DNA of 34,012 nucleotides from Octopus sinensis. Taxonomy: Eukaryota. Of this stretch, positions 1 to 11,504 are shown one piece after another. Both the position numbers and the translations under genes were made by a program. The notes below the pieces were generated by a model, which saw only the letters and a program-made list of their open reading frames with translations, made no database searches and was not told where the DNA came from. The stretch lies in NCBI RefSeq assembly GCF_006345805.1, contig NW_021831943.1, forward strand, positions 1 to 34,012. The letters run 5' to 3'. Numbering within the stretch: position 1 is the first letter of the stretch; every line of letters begins with the position of its first letter.

Positions 1-222
1 TCTTTTACTTGTTTCAGTCATTTGACTGTGGCCATACTGGAGCACCGCCTTTAGTCGAGCAAATCGATCTCAGGACTTTTTCTTTGTAAGCCTAGTATAT
101 TGTATCGGTCTCTTTTTGCCGAACCGCTAAGTTACGGGGATGTAAACACACCAGCATCGGTTGTCGAGCGATGTTGGGGGAGACAAATACAGACATACAA
201 ACAAACACACACACACACACGC

Positions 223-255
<33 letters not shown>

Positions 256-426
256 CATATATACGACAGGTTTCTTTCAGTTTCCGTCTACTAAATCCAC
301 TCACAAGGCTTTGGTCGACCCGAAGCTATAGAAGAAGATAGTTGCTCAAGGAGCCACACAGTGGGACTGAACCCGGAACCATGTGGTTGGTAAGCAAGCT
401 ACTTACCACACAGCCACTCCTACGCC
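1..426 (-). mobile_element. tRNA-derived SINE, family A (CORE-like segment, internal microsatellite, CR1-like 3' tail)
   Basis: Reverse complement starts GGCGTAGGAGTGGCTGTGTGG (A-box-like), has GGTTCAGTCCC (B-box-like) and CTTGAGCAA (CORE-like), and ends GGCGGTGCTCCAGTATGGCCACAGTCAAATGACTGAAACAAGTAAAAGA; collinear with copies at 11046-11442 and 27045-27450. Confidence 0.9.
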
Positions 427-657
427 TATTTCGTAGTTATTTCAAGTGAAATGTATATAGACAAGTGATATGTATGTATGTATATATGTATGTATGTAAG
501 TGTGCATTAACATATAAAACCTTATATTTTTGTGGTGTATAAAAGCTGTAGTGCCAGTAACAGTTCCATCACCTTCAAAAGTAAGTTCCAGTTTTCGATC
601 TCTGTCTCCCTCACTCCTTTTCTTTTATCTATCTATCTATCTCTCCTCCTCCTCAAC

Positions 658-694
<37 letters not shown>

Positions 695-1042
695 TCCATA
701 TATCTCTTACTTGTTTGTTATCTTTCTCTCTAAAGATAGTCTGCCTCAGTATTTGCAATATGTTACAGAGAGTGTACCATCCCTCGAAATGCAACCAGCC
801 CGACCCAGAAAATCGTTGACTCGTCACACGAAATCTAATATATAAAAACAAATGAAAACATTTGTAAGCAACCACAAGCTATTATTATGTTCAATCCGTC
901 CAACTGCTTCTCCTCACCATCATAATCATCCTTATCCTCTTCCCCCTCTTCCCCCTCTTCTACCTTCTTCCTCTCCCCCTCCGCCTACTTCTTCTTGCAT
1001 CTCAGTAAACACCACTTTGCCTTTTGAGGCGCCATATTTAAC

Positions 1043-1175
1043 ACAATATTTCTCTTTTTTACATTATTTACATTTGACGAATATTTGTCCTCGTCTTGTT
1101 TGTTGTGAACACAACGTTTCAACTGATATACCCTCAATCCTTCATCAGGTGTCTTGGGGGAATTTCGAACTATTT
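1043..1175 (-). mobile_element. Penelope-like element terminal (pseudo-LTR) fragment
   Basis: Minus strand reads GACAC-CTGATGA-AGGATTGAGGGTATATCAGTT-GAAACGTT-GTGTT followed by an A/T-rich tail; the CTGATGAAG...GAAACGT pattern is typical of Penelope termini (recalled knowledge). No ORF attached. Confidence 0.6.
1108..1153 (-). ncRNA. Minimal hammerhead ribozyme-like motif (canonical CUGAUGA core, degenerate stem II)
   Basis: Stem I GACAC/GUGUU (5 bp), core CUGAUGA, extra A, weak stem II, GAAA, palindromic ACGU helix III, cleavage triplet GUU. Confidence 0.55.
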
Positions 1176-1310
1176 TTATTGTTGTTGTTGTTGTTGTTGT
1201 TGTTATTATTATTATTTTTTTATTTTATTATTATTATTATATTATTATTATTATTATTATATTATAATTATTATTATTATTATTATTATTATTATTTTAT
1301 TATTATTATA

Positions 1311-1669
1311 TATAATCAAAATAAGCAACAAAGATATCCAAAGATAATGTAGTACAATCCTTTCATGCTACTTCATTTAATTAAACAATGTAAGTATTAC
1401 ATCAGTTTTAAAATGTAGAGAACTCTTCAGCCACATATGGAATTTTTAAAATTAAATTGACAATGTTCAGTTTTATATTTATTCAATTTCTATACTTATT
1501 TCATATAAAAATGAACGTTGTCAATTTAATTTTAAAAATTCCATATGTGGCTGAAGAGTGCTCTACATTTTAAAACTGATGTAATACTTACATTGTTTAA
1601 TTAAATGAAGTAGCATGAAACGATTGTACTACCACACCTTGGATATCCTTGTTGCTTATTTTGATTATA
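1311..1669. repeat. Long inverted repeat / fold-back: arms 1311-1478 and 1503-1669, 24-nt spacer
   Basis: Manual alignment of the left arm to the reverse complement of the right arm: identical apart from about 5 scattered substitutions and one short diverged patch near 1341-1349. Confidence 0.95.
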
Positions 1670-1781
1670 ATCACCCCATTTGATTTATATGGATAATACC
1701 ATACCAAATTCTGGTGCCTTTAACTTAAGTACCATCATATGAATCTAAATTTTTGCCGAACTTATAATATATTATATATAT

Positions 1782-1849
<68 letters not shown>

Positions 1850-3326
1850 CATACATGCATATATGTGTGCGTGTGTATGTGTGTGCATATACATATATAT
1901 ATATAAATGCATGTGTGTACGGACGTACGTATGTATGTATTTATGTACACAAATTGACAAGTGTTTCATCTAAATTCCATCTCATCAATCTTGCAGTATT
2001 ATGCAATAATATGTGCAACTACTGATTTTGAAGTGTCATTTAAATAACACACTCCGAATCAAAAGTCATTGGCAAAAAATTTGATATAGATTAATGTGTT
2101 TAATATTTTGGAAGACAACGCGCAAACACTCTATTTTCGTTTTACAGTTTCGGTTAACATACGCTTCAATACATATATCTAAATGTGTTTATTTCAATTA
2201 GGATATCGTAGGCTTAAGTTTATATATACATCTATTTTTCAATTCCAAAGTTGCCAAATTTCTAAATAAGCTTGTGCCCGCCTTTGAGATAAATATATAA
2301 ATATTTATTTGTTTATTTATTTACACTTATATATTTATTTATGTACACAAACACACACGCACACCCATACACACATACAAACACACACACACACATAATT
2401 ATTACGCATTATCACGTAGATTGTGCGACTCTGGAGATGTGTGCGTGTGTGTATGCGCGCTGGGGTTCTTTTATGAATGAAATGTTACCGAATCAATGAT
2501 GAGACCGTTCTTTCTTCTCTACATTCCTTGCAGTTTTTGTTTTATTTATAGTGTCATCATTATTATTATCATCATTATCATTATTATTATCATTATTATT
2601 TCAGTTTTCTTTTCATTCAGTTTGCTTAAACATAAAATACTTTGAATAAAGAACGAAACGTGGTGAAGTTGAATGCGAAAGGTTAAATCGCTCACTCAAT
2701 AACTAAACAAAGAGTACAGATGCCGAGATAAAAAAAAAGAAAAGCAAAAATGACGAGCGCCAAGTGTACCATTCATTCGAAGATCAATAACATCGATCAG
2801 CGAGCTAACAGAGTTCCCAAGTAAAGCAAATAATGTATTGAAAAGAGAAGCCCATAATGTCTTTATTAGAAACTAGGGCCACGCTATGTAAAAGCTAATG
2901 GAGAATCTATAAGTGTAGAATAATATTTAGCTTATCAAGGCATCTTTTGTTTGTTTGTTTGTCTGCTTGTTTGTTTGTTTGTTTGTTTGGTTAGGTGCTT
3001 GATGCTGTGAATCGGGGGAACGTGTCATTTTTAACAAAAGAAATCGATTTGGAGTATGTTTATAAATGCCTATTTTTTTTGCCCCCACTGATGAGTTGTG
3101 GGTGATAGGAAGATGAGCAAACGTTTCATGCATACAAACGATGCAGAAAGTCTGAAGCATTTTCGATGTAATAACATAAGCGTCTACACAAACACACACA
3201 ACACATATATATATATATATTATATGTATATGTGTATATATAGATATAATTATATATATATATAATTATATATATATATATTATATATACATACATCTCT
3301 GTTTATACATGTATATACATATATAA

Positions 3327-3496
3327 GGAGAATTCACAAAAATGACGATGACAGGTGGTGTGCACAACAAACAGATGTATTAGTATAACGCTCGGGAAGT
3401 GAAAAGTCTTTAACGTTTCGAACCTACGCTCTTCCACAGAAAGGAACACAGAAAGAAACAAGGACAGAAAATAAAGAATGTGTAGTGGCTAGCGAT
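3327..3496 (-). mobile_element. Microsatellite-associated Penelope-type non-autonomous repeat (family P), copy 1
   Basis: Reverse-complement homology to 6764-6944; contains CTTT-CTGTGGA-A-GAGC-GTAG-GTTC-GAAACGTT-AAAG (3406-3444); one end abuts TA-rich microsatellite. Confidence 0.7.
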
Positions 3497-5283
3497 CTAT
3501 CACATTCCTATATATTTATATATACAGATATACACATACATATATACATACATTATATATGTATACATAAATAATATACATATTTATTTACATTTGCAGA
3601 TAAATATGTATATGTATATATGTATATATATATATATGTATATATAAAGAGAGTGGGAGACAGAGAGAAAAAAAAGAGATGTATGTGTATATGTGCATAT
3701 ATATATATATATATATGTGTGTATATACACGTATGTAGACGTTCATATGTTCGGATATATATGAATGTATCCGAACGTATGTGTGTATGCGTTTGAAAGA
3801 GAAAGAGGCCAAATTCAGATTTCGTGCGAAAAAATTGGGATTGTTTACACTGTGTTTGATTCCTCGCTCTCCAAAAAACAACAAAAATCATTGTACTAAA
3901 GTCAAACAAAAAGAAAAAATTAAAGAAATTATGGCTTTTATAACATGGCAGCAACAGAGCGTTTCTTAAGAAAAATTAAGGGGCTTGGATTTCATGTTTA
4001 CAAAATGAAGTAATAGAAATTTTAGCGCCGATGAAATTAAAGATGTTTAAGTTTGATAATTAAAAATGAATGGTTTAATAAATAAGGAAAATATAAAGGA
4101 ATAAACAAGAACGTTGATTTAGAAGCAGCTATGGGAATAAGAAAATGGTGTCGTGAGAAGCTTCACAGAATGCTTCCAATAATTTCTGTATATCAACAGA
4201 GAGTGAAAGTCTTTCGTATTGCCCTAATAGCGAGGAGGTTTCTAGGGTCAAAGGAACCGCAAACAAGAGAGAGAAAAAGGGAAAAAAGAGGAGAGAGAAA
4301 CGGGGTGAGAGTGTGAGGGGGAAGGTGAGAGGGTGTTCCTACTGTTATTGAAATACAATCATATATATATACATACATAAACACACATCATATATATATA
4401 CATATGCACCTATAATATATATATAATATATATATATAATATATATATATATCTATATACATATGCACCTAAATATGCATGTATGTATTACGAGCATATA
4501 CCCGCACTTTATACATCCGTATGCAATATATATTCACGTGCATACACACACACCTATTCGTATATGTTCATATACATATAGAGATGTATACACATACATA
4601 TATATATATCTATAATATATATATATATATATACAAACACATATACACACATATACATATATGTATGTATGTACGCATGTATAAATAAGACTACGTAACA
4701 GCTTACTTTAAAACTACTAGTAAATATCCATACTCGTCCAACTTTCTATCAGGGACTAAACATAGTTTCGCCCCCCACCCCGATTGTCTCTTGGTATTAT
4801 ATATATCTGAATAGAGTCTAGAGTATATATACAAATTCCGAATAAATCTGGTGATTCGGTTGTAACGAAAGATATGTAGTATTACATCATAAATTGCATA
4901 GTAGGCAGAAACAGACTGTAGTCTGCAGTATTTTAAGACTTGCACCGTTTCGGCAGTCAAGGTACATGGTCAAGTAGGTAGGTGTTGGGCTCTACCATGA
5001 ATTTATAGGCAGGGAGTATATATCAATTCGACAACTGCTTTTTAAAAAAATATACGAGAAGAAGCCTGTTTCTGCACTTTGCACTTAACATTGATATTTC
5101 TGAAGAAAATTCCTGTTATTTCATAATTAATGTCCCATCTGAAGAAAATACTTTGACTTCCTTGCATTGATGTAATTCCCCCCTTTGAAATTATACGTAT
5201 TTTTGGCATTTTCAAATCTTGGCTTAAAACATACTATTATCATTGTTGACATCGCTACTTTTAATTTAGTCTATACAGTTATA

Positions 5284-5416
5284 GTTTTGTTACGTGAGTC
5301 AGTAATAATAGGTATTTAAACAGGTTAACTATGGCTGACTTTCGGTAACAAATTGAAGCTGATTCCCCAATTATCAGACGTCAACAATCCGGACAGTTAA
5401 ATTAACTTAATATCTG
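5284..5416 (+). repeat. Dispersed ~130-bp module, copy A (also 7465-7534 partial and 9782-9911)
   Basis: GTTTTGTTAC.TG..AGTAATAATA.GTATTTAA...GGTTAACTATG.CTGACTTTCGGTAA...CAATTATCAG..GTCAACAATC..GACAGTTAAATTAA.TTAATATCTG is shared with 9782-9911 at roughly 85% identity (by eye). Confidence 0.85.
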
Positions 5417-5813
5417 GTGCCCTCACAGTAAACTGACATTAAATAGCGTTTATGAGAATTGATGGCTGTAGCAGCCTTTCAGAAATTGATGAATGGCTTG
5501 TTATGGACGAAGAATCCTATTAGAAACGAAACGATTCGAAATAGACATAATGACTGAATAATAATCAATATCACACGACCTGACAGCACATCAGACTCAC
5601 GGTTCAATTTCTACTGTGTTCCGATATATTGCAAATACCAATACACATTGATGCTGTCATAACGTACGCTTTTCGTTCTAAACGTGGCAGGGCAGTCATA
5701 AAATTATTATACTATATGGCACTGATCTTTCATGTACTTAAAAAAAAAATCAATTTGATATTCATAGAAATTCAATATTACTCAATAATAAATTGGGCTG
5801 AAGGCGTTAATTA

Positions 5814-5940
5814 ACTGCCATAGCAACTAAGAAGCCTTAGCAACATAAGAACAAGTGAACTTTAATAACAACTGCAACATAAAAGTAATAGATTTTCTGT
5901 TGTAATGGCAACTAGTTAGCAACTGGAATGCGTTAGCAAT
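5814..5940. promoter_or_regulatory. Cluster of RFX X-box-like motifs
   Basis: ACTGCCATAGCAAC (5814-5827), CCTTAGCAAC (5835-5844), GTTGTAATGGCAAC (5899-5912), GTTAGCAAC (5915-5923), GTTAGCAAT (5932-5940), compared with consensus GTTGCCATGGCAAC. Confidence 0.4.
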
Positions 5941-6763
5941 ATAAACACACACAGCAAATTAGGATGTTCTTGGAGGAAACGCTTCATATTGCTATATATT
6001 CCTGGTATTCTAGTCACTCGAATGTAGTTACAACAAACTATCAAACTGCTTTTGTCTACAACCGATTAACATATACCGGCATCAACAAGGTTACTTAGGC
6101 CATCTTATTTCGAACCTATGAAAAGGACCCCACGACCCGTTCTTGTTCTTTCACTCAGACACACTCTCATCAAAAGACGAACCTAGATCACCACTGTTCG
6201 GATGAGTCATCAAGTCAGACCATTTCTTCAACAAACACTTTTCTCACCATACAGTCTTAAACGGATGCTGTATTAACCAGTGACACTGCTTAGAAAGGTC
6301 CCCGTGGTGAAGCTTATTAATAATCATTGAGAGTGCAGCCTAGAATGGCAGGACTAGTAATCACAGCATAGAAACATACTACCAAGTATTCTGGTCGGTT
6401 CAATGAAAGTATCTACTAGTAATAATCTTAGTAAACAGAAACGGACAATATACCAGCTATGATAACATTAATTTATATACAGCTTCGATGATAACCAAGA
6501 ATCTGTTACATACAACGGTGAACAGTTCAAATGTTTTAGTTCTAGCTGGCAGAACTGAGGTGAATGCCAAATGAGAACGACAGTGAGCGCGTCAGATTCC
6601 TGGTCTTTTTATAACTCCCAATAGGACCCAACTTTTCGACCAGGATTTAAGTTTTTCTCCACGTTATACGATTGAGATATTTAAGGACAGGCACATATTA
6701 TGTTGGGGCGCGCGGGCGTGTATATATCTCTCTATATGATATATATATATATATGCATGGTAT

Positions 6764-6941
6764 ATCGCTAGCCACTGCACATTCTTTATTTTCTCTCCTT
6801 GTTTCTTTCCGTGTTCCTTTCTGTGGAAGAGCGTAGACTCGAAACGTTAAAGACTTTTTAACTTCCCGAGCGTTATACTAATACTTCTGTTTGTTGTCTA
6901 CACCACCTGTCTTTGTCTTTTGTTATTTTTTTGTGAATTCT

Positions 6942-6944
<3 letters not shown>
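6764..6944 (+). mobile_element. Family P repeat, copy 2
   Basis: CTTT-CTGTGGA-A-GAGC-GTAG-ACTC-GAAACGTT-AAAG at 6817-6852; 3' end runs directly into (TA)n at 6945. Confidence 0.7.

Positions 6945-7030
<86 letters not shown>
6945..7030. repeat. (TA)n microsatellite
   Basis: Pure TA run. Confidence 0.98.
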
Positions 7031-7034
<4 letters not shown>

Positions 7035-7464
7035 TGCGTGTATGTGTAATGTATATATGTATGAGACATCGAAAGACTTATCACACGGTACGTTCAACTG
7101 AATCATCTCGGCACCATTCATTCTTATGAATATATTTGCGACTTCAGCTTCTTCTTCAAGTTTTCTTCTTATACCCTTCATCCTTTTTGCGTGTATTATT
7201 TCTGCTTTATTTTCTTAATGTCGAATCGAAACTTCGTATCGTATGTATAATTTATAATGGTTGGTAAAGCCTGGCACAGCTATATTGATTTATCGACAAG
7301 CTATCCTGCTGTTTCTCATAATTCTCCACATACTCTTACAAATGAGATGTGTTAGGACCTACAATACCATGAAATCTTACATTATCTGTATTGCTAGGGT
7401 AACAATAACGAACTGTTTTCAGAAAATTTAACAATAACTATACTGGCTCAGTAACGTCGCATTA

Positions 7465-7534
7465 TGAGTAATAATACGTGTTTAATAATCAGGTTAATTA
7501 TGCTGACATTCAGTAACAAACTGAAACTGATTCC
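7465..7534 (+). repeat. Dispersed module, copy B (partial, more diverged)
   Basis: TGAGTAATAATACGTGTTTAATAATCAGGTTAATTATGCTGACATTCAGTAACAAACTGAAACTGATTCC aligns to the first half of copies A and C; it is followed by a degenerate SINE-head-like stretch. Confidence 0.7.
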
Positions 7535-7875
7535 TGTTGAGTTCGATATTGAGCTCACGATCATGAGATCGATTCTGAGATCGGACGGCGCGTTATGCCT
7601 GGGAAAATGTAATTCAATTCACGTTGCTGATGCATTCTTCTATCCGCAACAGCTACCATGTCTTCCATGCTCTAATGGGTGAATGCTGGAACAGCCGAAA
7701 TTATGCCCGTGTCTGCTCGCGACATATAGGTACCACAGGGCTTATTTCTGTGACTTGTTTCTATGTGTTTACATAGTTATATCCATATAAAACTTAGATA
7801 GATAAAACTTAGATATGTTTCGACCAGAGATTGGTCCAGGCCATGTCTAACTTAATAGCACCATATATATACGTA

Positions 7876-7935
<60 letters not shown>

Positions 7936-8010
7936 GATTATTATTATTATTATTATTGCTATTATTATTGCTATTATTATTGCTATTATTATTATTATCA
8001 TTATTATCAT
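7876..8010. repeat. (TAT)n trinucleotide microsatellite
   Basis: Imperfect TAT run. Confidence 0.97.
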
Positions 8011-8713
8011 AGTCTAAAAATTGGTATGGTTTTATAATAATCGTAACATCTGTTTAACATCGATATATTTGGTAGTAAAATATTGGGAGAATGAATTATC
8101 GATTAAGGTATTTTTTATTGAATTTAGTAGCAGAATTAAAGAAATCCTTATTTATTTATCTTTTTTCGTCATAATATATTGTAATTTTAAATAAAATATA
8201 TTTCCTACTCCACCATAAATTTTAAATATATTACATATTATATAGGTATTGATATTATATTATAAAATGGCCAGTGATTATTTTCGATTAAAATACTTTT
8301 CGATTAATATTATTGGAGATCCATAAGAACATTTTATGACTTGTAAATTTTCTTTCCTTAATTATTTTATCTATTTGAATTTTGTTGTTCTTTTTACTGT
8401 ATTTATTAAATATTTGAATTATTAATGCTCTCGCTTCTAAACTTAGGTATTTTTGAACCAGTATTTTTGCAATTTGGCAGTCCTTACATGGAATTTCGTC
8501 TGTTTTTTAACCAAGGCCCTTAAGAGGCTTGAATACATAGATGGGAATTTTTCTAAATTCACTAGTGTAAATGAGTCGAAACAGATTGTTGGCTTTATGT
8601 GTGTTCCTTTTTAAATCTGTCGTTACGTTATATTTTTATAGTATATAATATTATAGTATAATGTAAATATATTTTTAGTTTGTCAATTATATTTTTCTAT
8701 TTCATTTAATATT

Positions 8714-8785
<72 letters not shown>

Positions 8786-8891
8786 ATATTTATATATATA
8801 TACATATATTATATATATATATATTTATATATATATATATACATATATATTATATATATATATATATGTATATTTATATATTATACATGAT

Positions 8892-9050
8892 GGGCTTTCT
8901 CACTAACTGCGTCCATCAAGTCTACCAAATACCACTCAAGGGTTTGGTTAACTCCAAGCGATAGTAGAAAATACTTTGTCTAAGTTGCTCTAAAGTGGGG
9001 TGGTATCCCAAACCGTTTGTTTGCAAATCGAAGTTCTTAACCATAGAGCT
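8892..9050 (-). mobile_element. Old, diverged family A SINE fragment
   Basis: GGGCTTTCT...GTCTACCAAATACCACTCAAGGGTTTGGT...ATAGTAGAAAATACTTTGTCTAAG parallels 270-350 of the first copy. Confidence 0.6.
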
Positions 9051-9781
9051 TTATTTGAGGATGTATATTTACTAACTGGCGAAGAGTTTGAAGAAAACTT
9101 CAAAGCAATAATACTTTCTTTATTTAATATTACTTTGATTAATGTTTTTAAAAATGATTTTAGTATCTAAAAACAAAAAGAATTATATTGACATGGGTTT
9201 TACGTTTTCTCAGAGAAAGGAAGAATGCACCACTAAGAATCAAATTGGCTATTATGTTTAAGCCTTCTTTGTTTAGACATTAATAAGCAAGTGCAGGTTC
9301 AGTGGGTATAAAAATATTACCTGTATTACTAGTGGTTTGGTGACGATAAGTAACATATACCATGCTGATCGCTGAGGGGATGCTGTGGTTTTTCCTCAGG
9401 TTAGCACCTAACCACTATTTTTTATACATCAGTGCCTACTCTGTCCAATGCGTCCTCCTTTTCTTTATCATGAGAAGGTGTGATTTGTCAGCGATTTGAT
9501 TGCTATTTCTCGCAGGTTTGAATGACTATATACTGACTTCTTTTCTCCTTTGTGTGTTTTTTGTTGTGTTAAAATGAGGGGTAGGGGTCACAATTACGAG
9601 CACTGTTTTTCTTCGTCTATTGATTTTTATCCAAGGAAAATATATTTCCCCCGAGAGTAACACACGTGTTAAAAATTAGCTCTTATCAGCATGGCTTACT
9701 ATCAGCTGGATATTGATCGATAATTTTAATTTCCGCTAATGGCTTATTCACAAAGTCTACGACAATAGCAGGAATGTAACT

Positions 9782-9911
9782 GTTTTGTTACCTGAGTAAT
9801 AATAAGTATTTAAGTAGGGTTAACTATGACTGACTTTCGGTAATAGATTGCAGTCGATTCTTCAATTATCAGGTGTCAACAATCAAGACAGTTAAATTAA
9901 TTTAATATCTG
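9782..9911 (+). repeat. Dispersed module, copy C
   Basis: See copy A at 5284-5416; patchy similarity also extends ~100 bp upstream. Confidence 0.85.
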
Positions 9912-10341
9912 CTGATCTCTCTAATAAGCTATAAGAATGGTTGTCGATTAAATAGTCTTCCAGAATCATACGTTTTCACCGTAATTAATTGATCAACAAA
10001 ATTTACCGATTTTGTGAATTTGTGTCCACAGAATAGCATGTATAAAATGTGTTTATATTTTATTTTAAAATATTTTTCGTAATTTTTATTTGTGTATATA
10101 TTTTTTAGCATTCCCATGTTTCCTAGCATGGAAATTATTTTGGATAATTTCCACGAATTTTCAATAGTTTCGTTTAATAATGATAAGTTGTTGAGTTGAT
10201 GACTAGGCACAAGACAAGAATAAATTAAATATTTCAGCCTTAATTTGATTTCCAGCAACTTTTCTCAAATATGCAAAAGTATATATATATATTGATGGAT
10301 GGATGGATGGATGTATATATGTATGGATGGATGTATATATA

Positions 10342-10375
<34 letters not shown>

Positions 10376-10412
10376 CACATATGTATGTATATACATATGT
10401 ATGTATGTATAT

Positions 10413-10566
10413 GCACGTGGCTGTGTGGCAAGAAGTTTGCTTCCCAAGTACATGGTTCAGGGTTCAGTCCCACTCGGTGAGACCTTCTGCAAGTGTCTTA
10501 TAGCCACGGGCCGACCGAAGTCTTGTGAGTCGATTTGGGAGATGGAAAATTAGAGAAACCCTTCGT
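10413..10566 (+). mobile_element. Family A SINE, 5' half only
   Basis: GTGGCTGTGTGGCAAGAAG...GGTTCAGTCCCACT...GCAAGTGTCTT...GGCCGACC...TTGTGAGT, ending in microsatellite. Confidence 0.85.
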
Positions 10567-10572
10567 GTATAT

Positions 10573-10624
<52 letters not shown>

Positions 10625-10662
10625 ATAAATGCATATATACATACATACATATACATACATAT

Positions 10663-10719
<57 letters not shown>

Positions 10720-10755
10720 CACACATATATATATATATTATATATATATATATAT

Positions 10756-10904
10756 GGCTTAACAACTGATGAAGGGATTGTTCTTTATGTTGCCTGTCTC
10801 GTTTCTCTATTTGTTTCGTTTGTTGTCGGAAAAAAGTTGGTTTTCCACGTCTTTGTCTTTTTGTGTTCTCGCTTATCATTTTATTCACGATTTTTTACGT
10901 CCTG
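10756..10904 (+). mobile_element. Probable Penelope-type terminal repeat (third type), degenerate
   Basis: AACAA-CTGATGA-AGGG at 10761-10776 then a T-rich tract, bounded by microsatellites; no convincing GAAA/stem II partner. Confidence 0.35.
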
Positions 10905-11045
10905 CATGTATACATACATACATACATACATACATACATACATACATGCATACATACATACATGCATACATACATACATACATACATACATACATGCATA
11001 CATACATATAAACATACATGCATGCATACATATAAATATATATAC

Positions 11046-11441
11046 TCTTTTACTTGTTTCAGTCATTTGACTGCGGCCATGCTGGAGCACCGCCTTTAGT
11101 CGTGCAAATCGACCCTGGGACTTATTCTTTGTAAGCCCAGTACTTATTGTATCAGCCTCTTTTGCCGAACCGCTAAGTGACGGGGATGTAAACACACCAG
11201 CATAGGTTGTCAAGCAATGCTAGGGGGACAAACACAGACACACAAACATATACACACGCATACATATATATACATATATACGACGGGCTTCTTTCAGTTT
11301 CCGTCTACCAAATCCACTCACAAGGCATTGGTCGGCCCGGGGCTATAGCAGAAGACACTTGCCCAAGATGCCACGCAGTGGGACTGAACCCGGAACCATG
11401 TGGTTGGTAAGCAAGCTACTTACCACACAGCAACTCCTGCG

Positions 11442-11442
<1 letters not shown>
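11046..11442 (-). mobile_element. Family A SINE, full length
   Basis: Collinear with 1-426 and the reverse complement of 27045-27450; sits between (TACA)n and (TA)n. Confidence 0.92.
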
Positions 11443-11500
<58 letters not shown>

Positions 11501-11504
11501 TTAA

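Noticed and set aside
2995-3053. Plus-strand exon-like unit ttag|VLDAVNRGNVSFLTKEIDL|gtatgt
   Set aside because: The acceptor tract is just a (TTTG)n repeat; no recognisable protein and no partner exon.
3088-3095. CTGATGAG hammerhead-like core
   Set aside because: No downstream GAAA with a pairable stem II.
4707-4806. Minus-strand AG/GT-bounded open unit (IYNTKRQSGWGAKLCLVPDRKLDEYGYLLVVL)
   Set aside because: Isolated, no homology recognised; such units are expected by chance in 34 kb.
7060-7215. Protein-like minus frame ENKAEIIHAKRMKGIRRKLEEEAEVANIFIRMNGAEMIQLN
   Set aside because: Weak splice sites, no family recognised.
8447-8612. Plus frame VFLNQYFCNLAVLTWNFVCFLTKALKRLEYIDGNFSKF after an acceptor
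   Set aside because: No good donor; the opposite strand has an equally long frame, consistent with chance.
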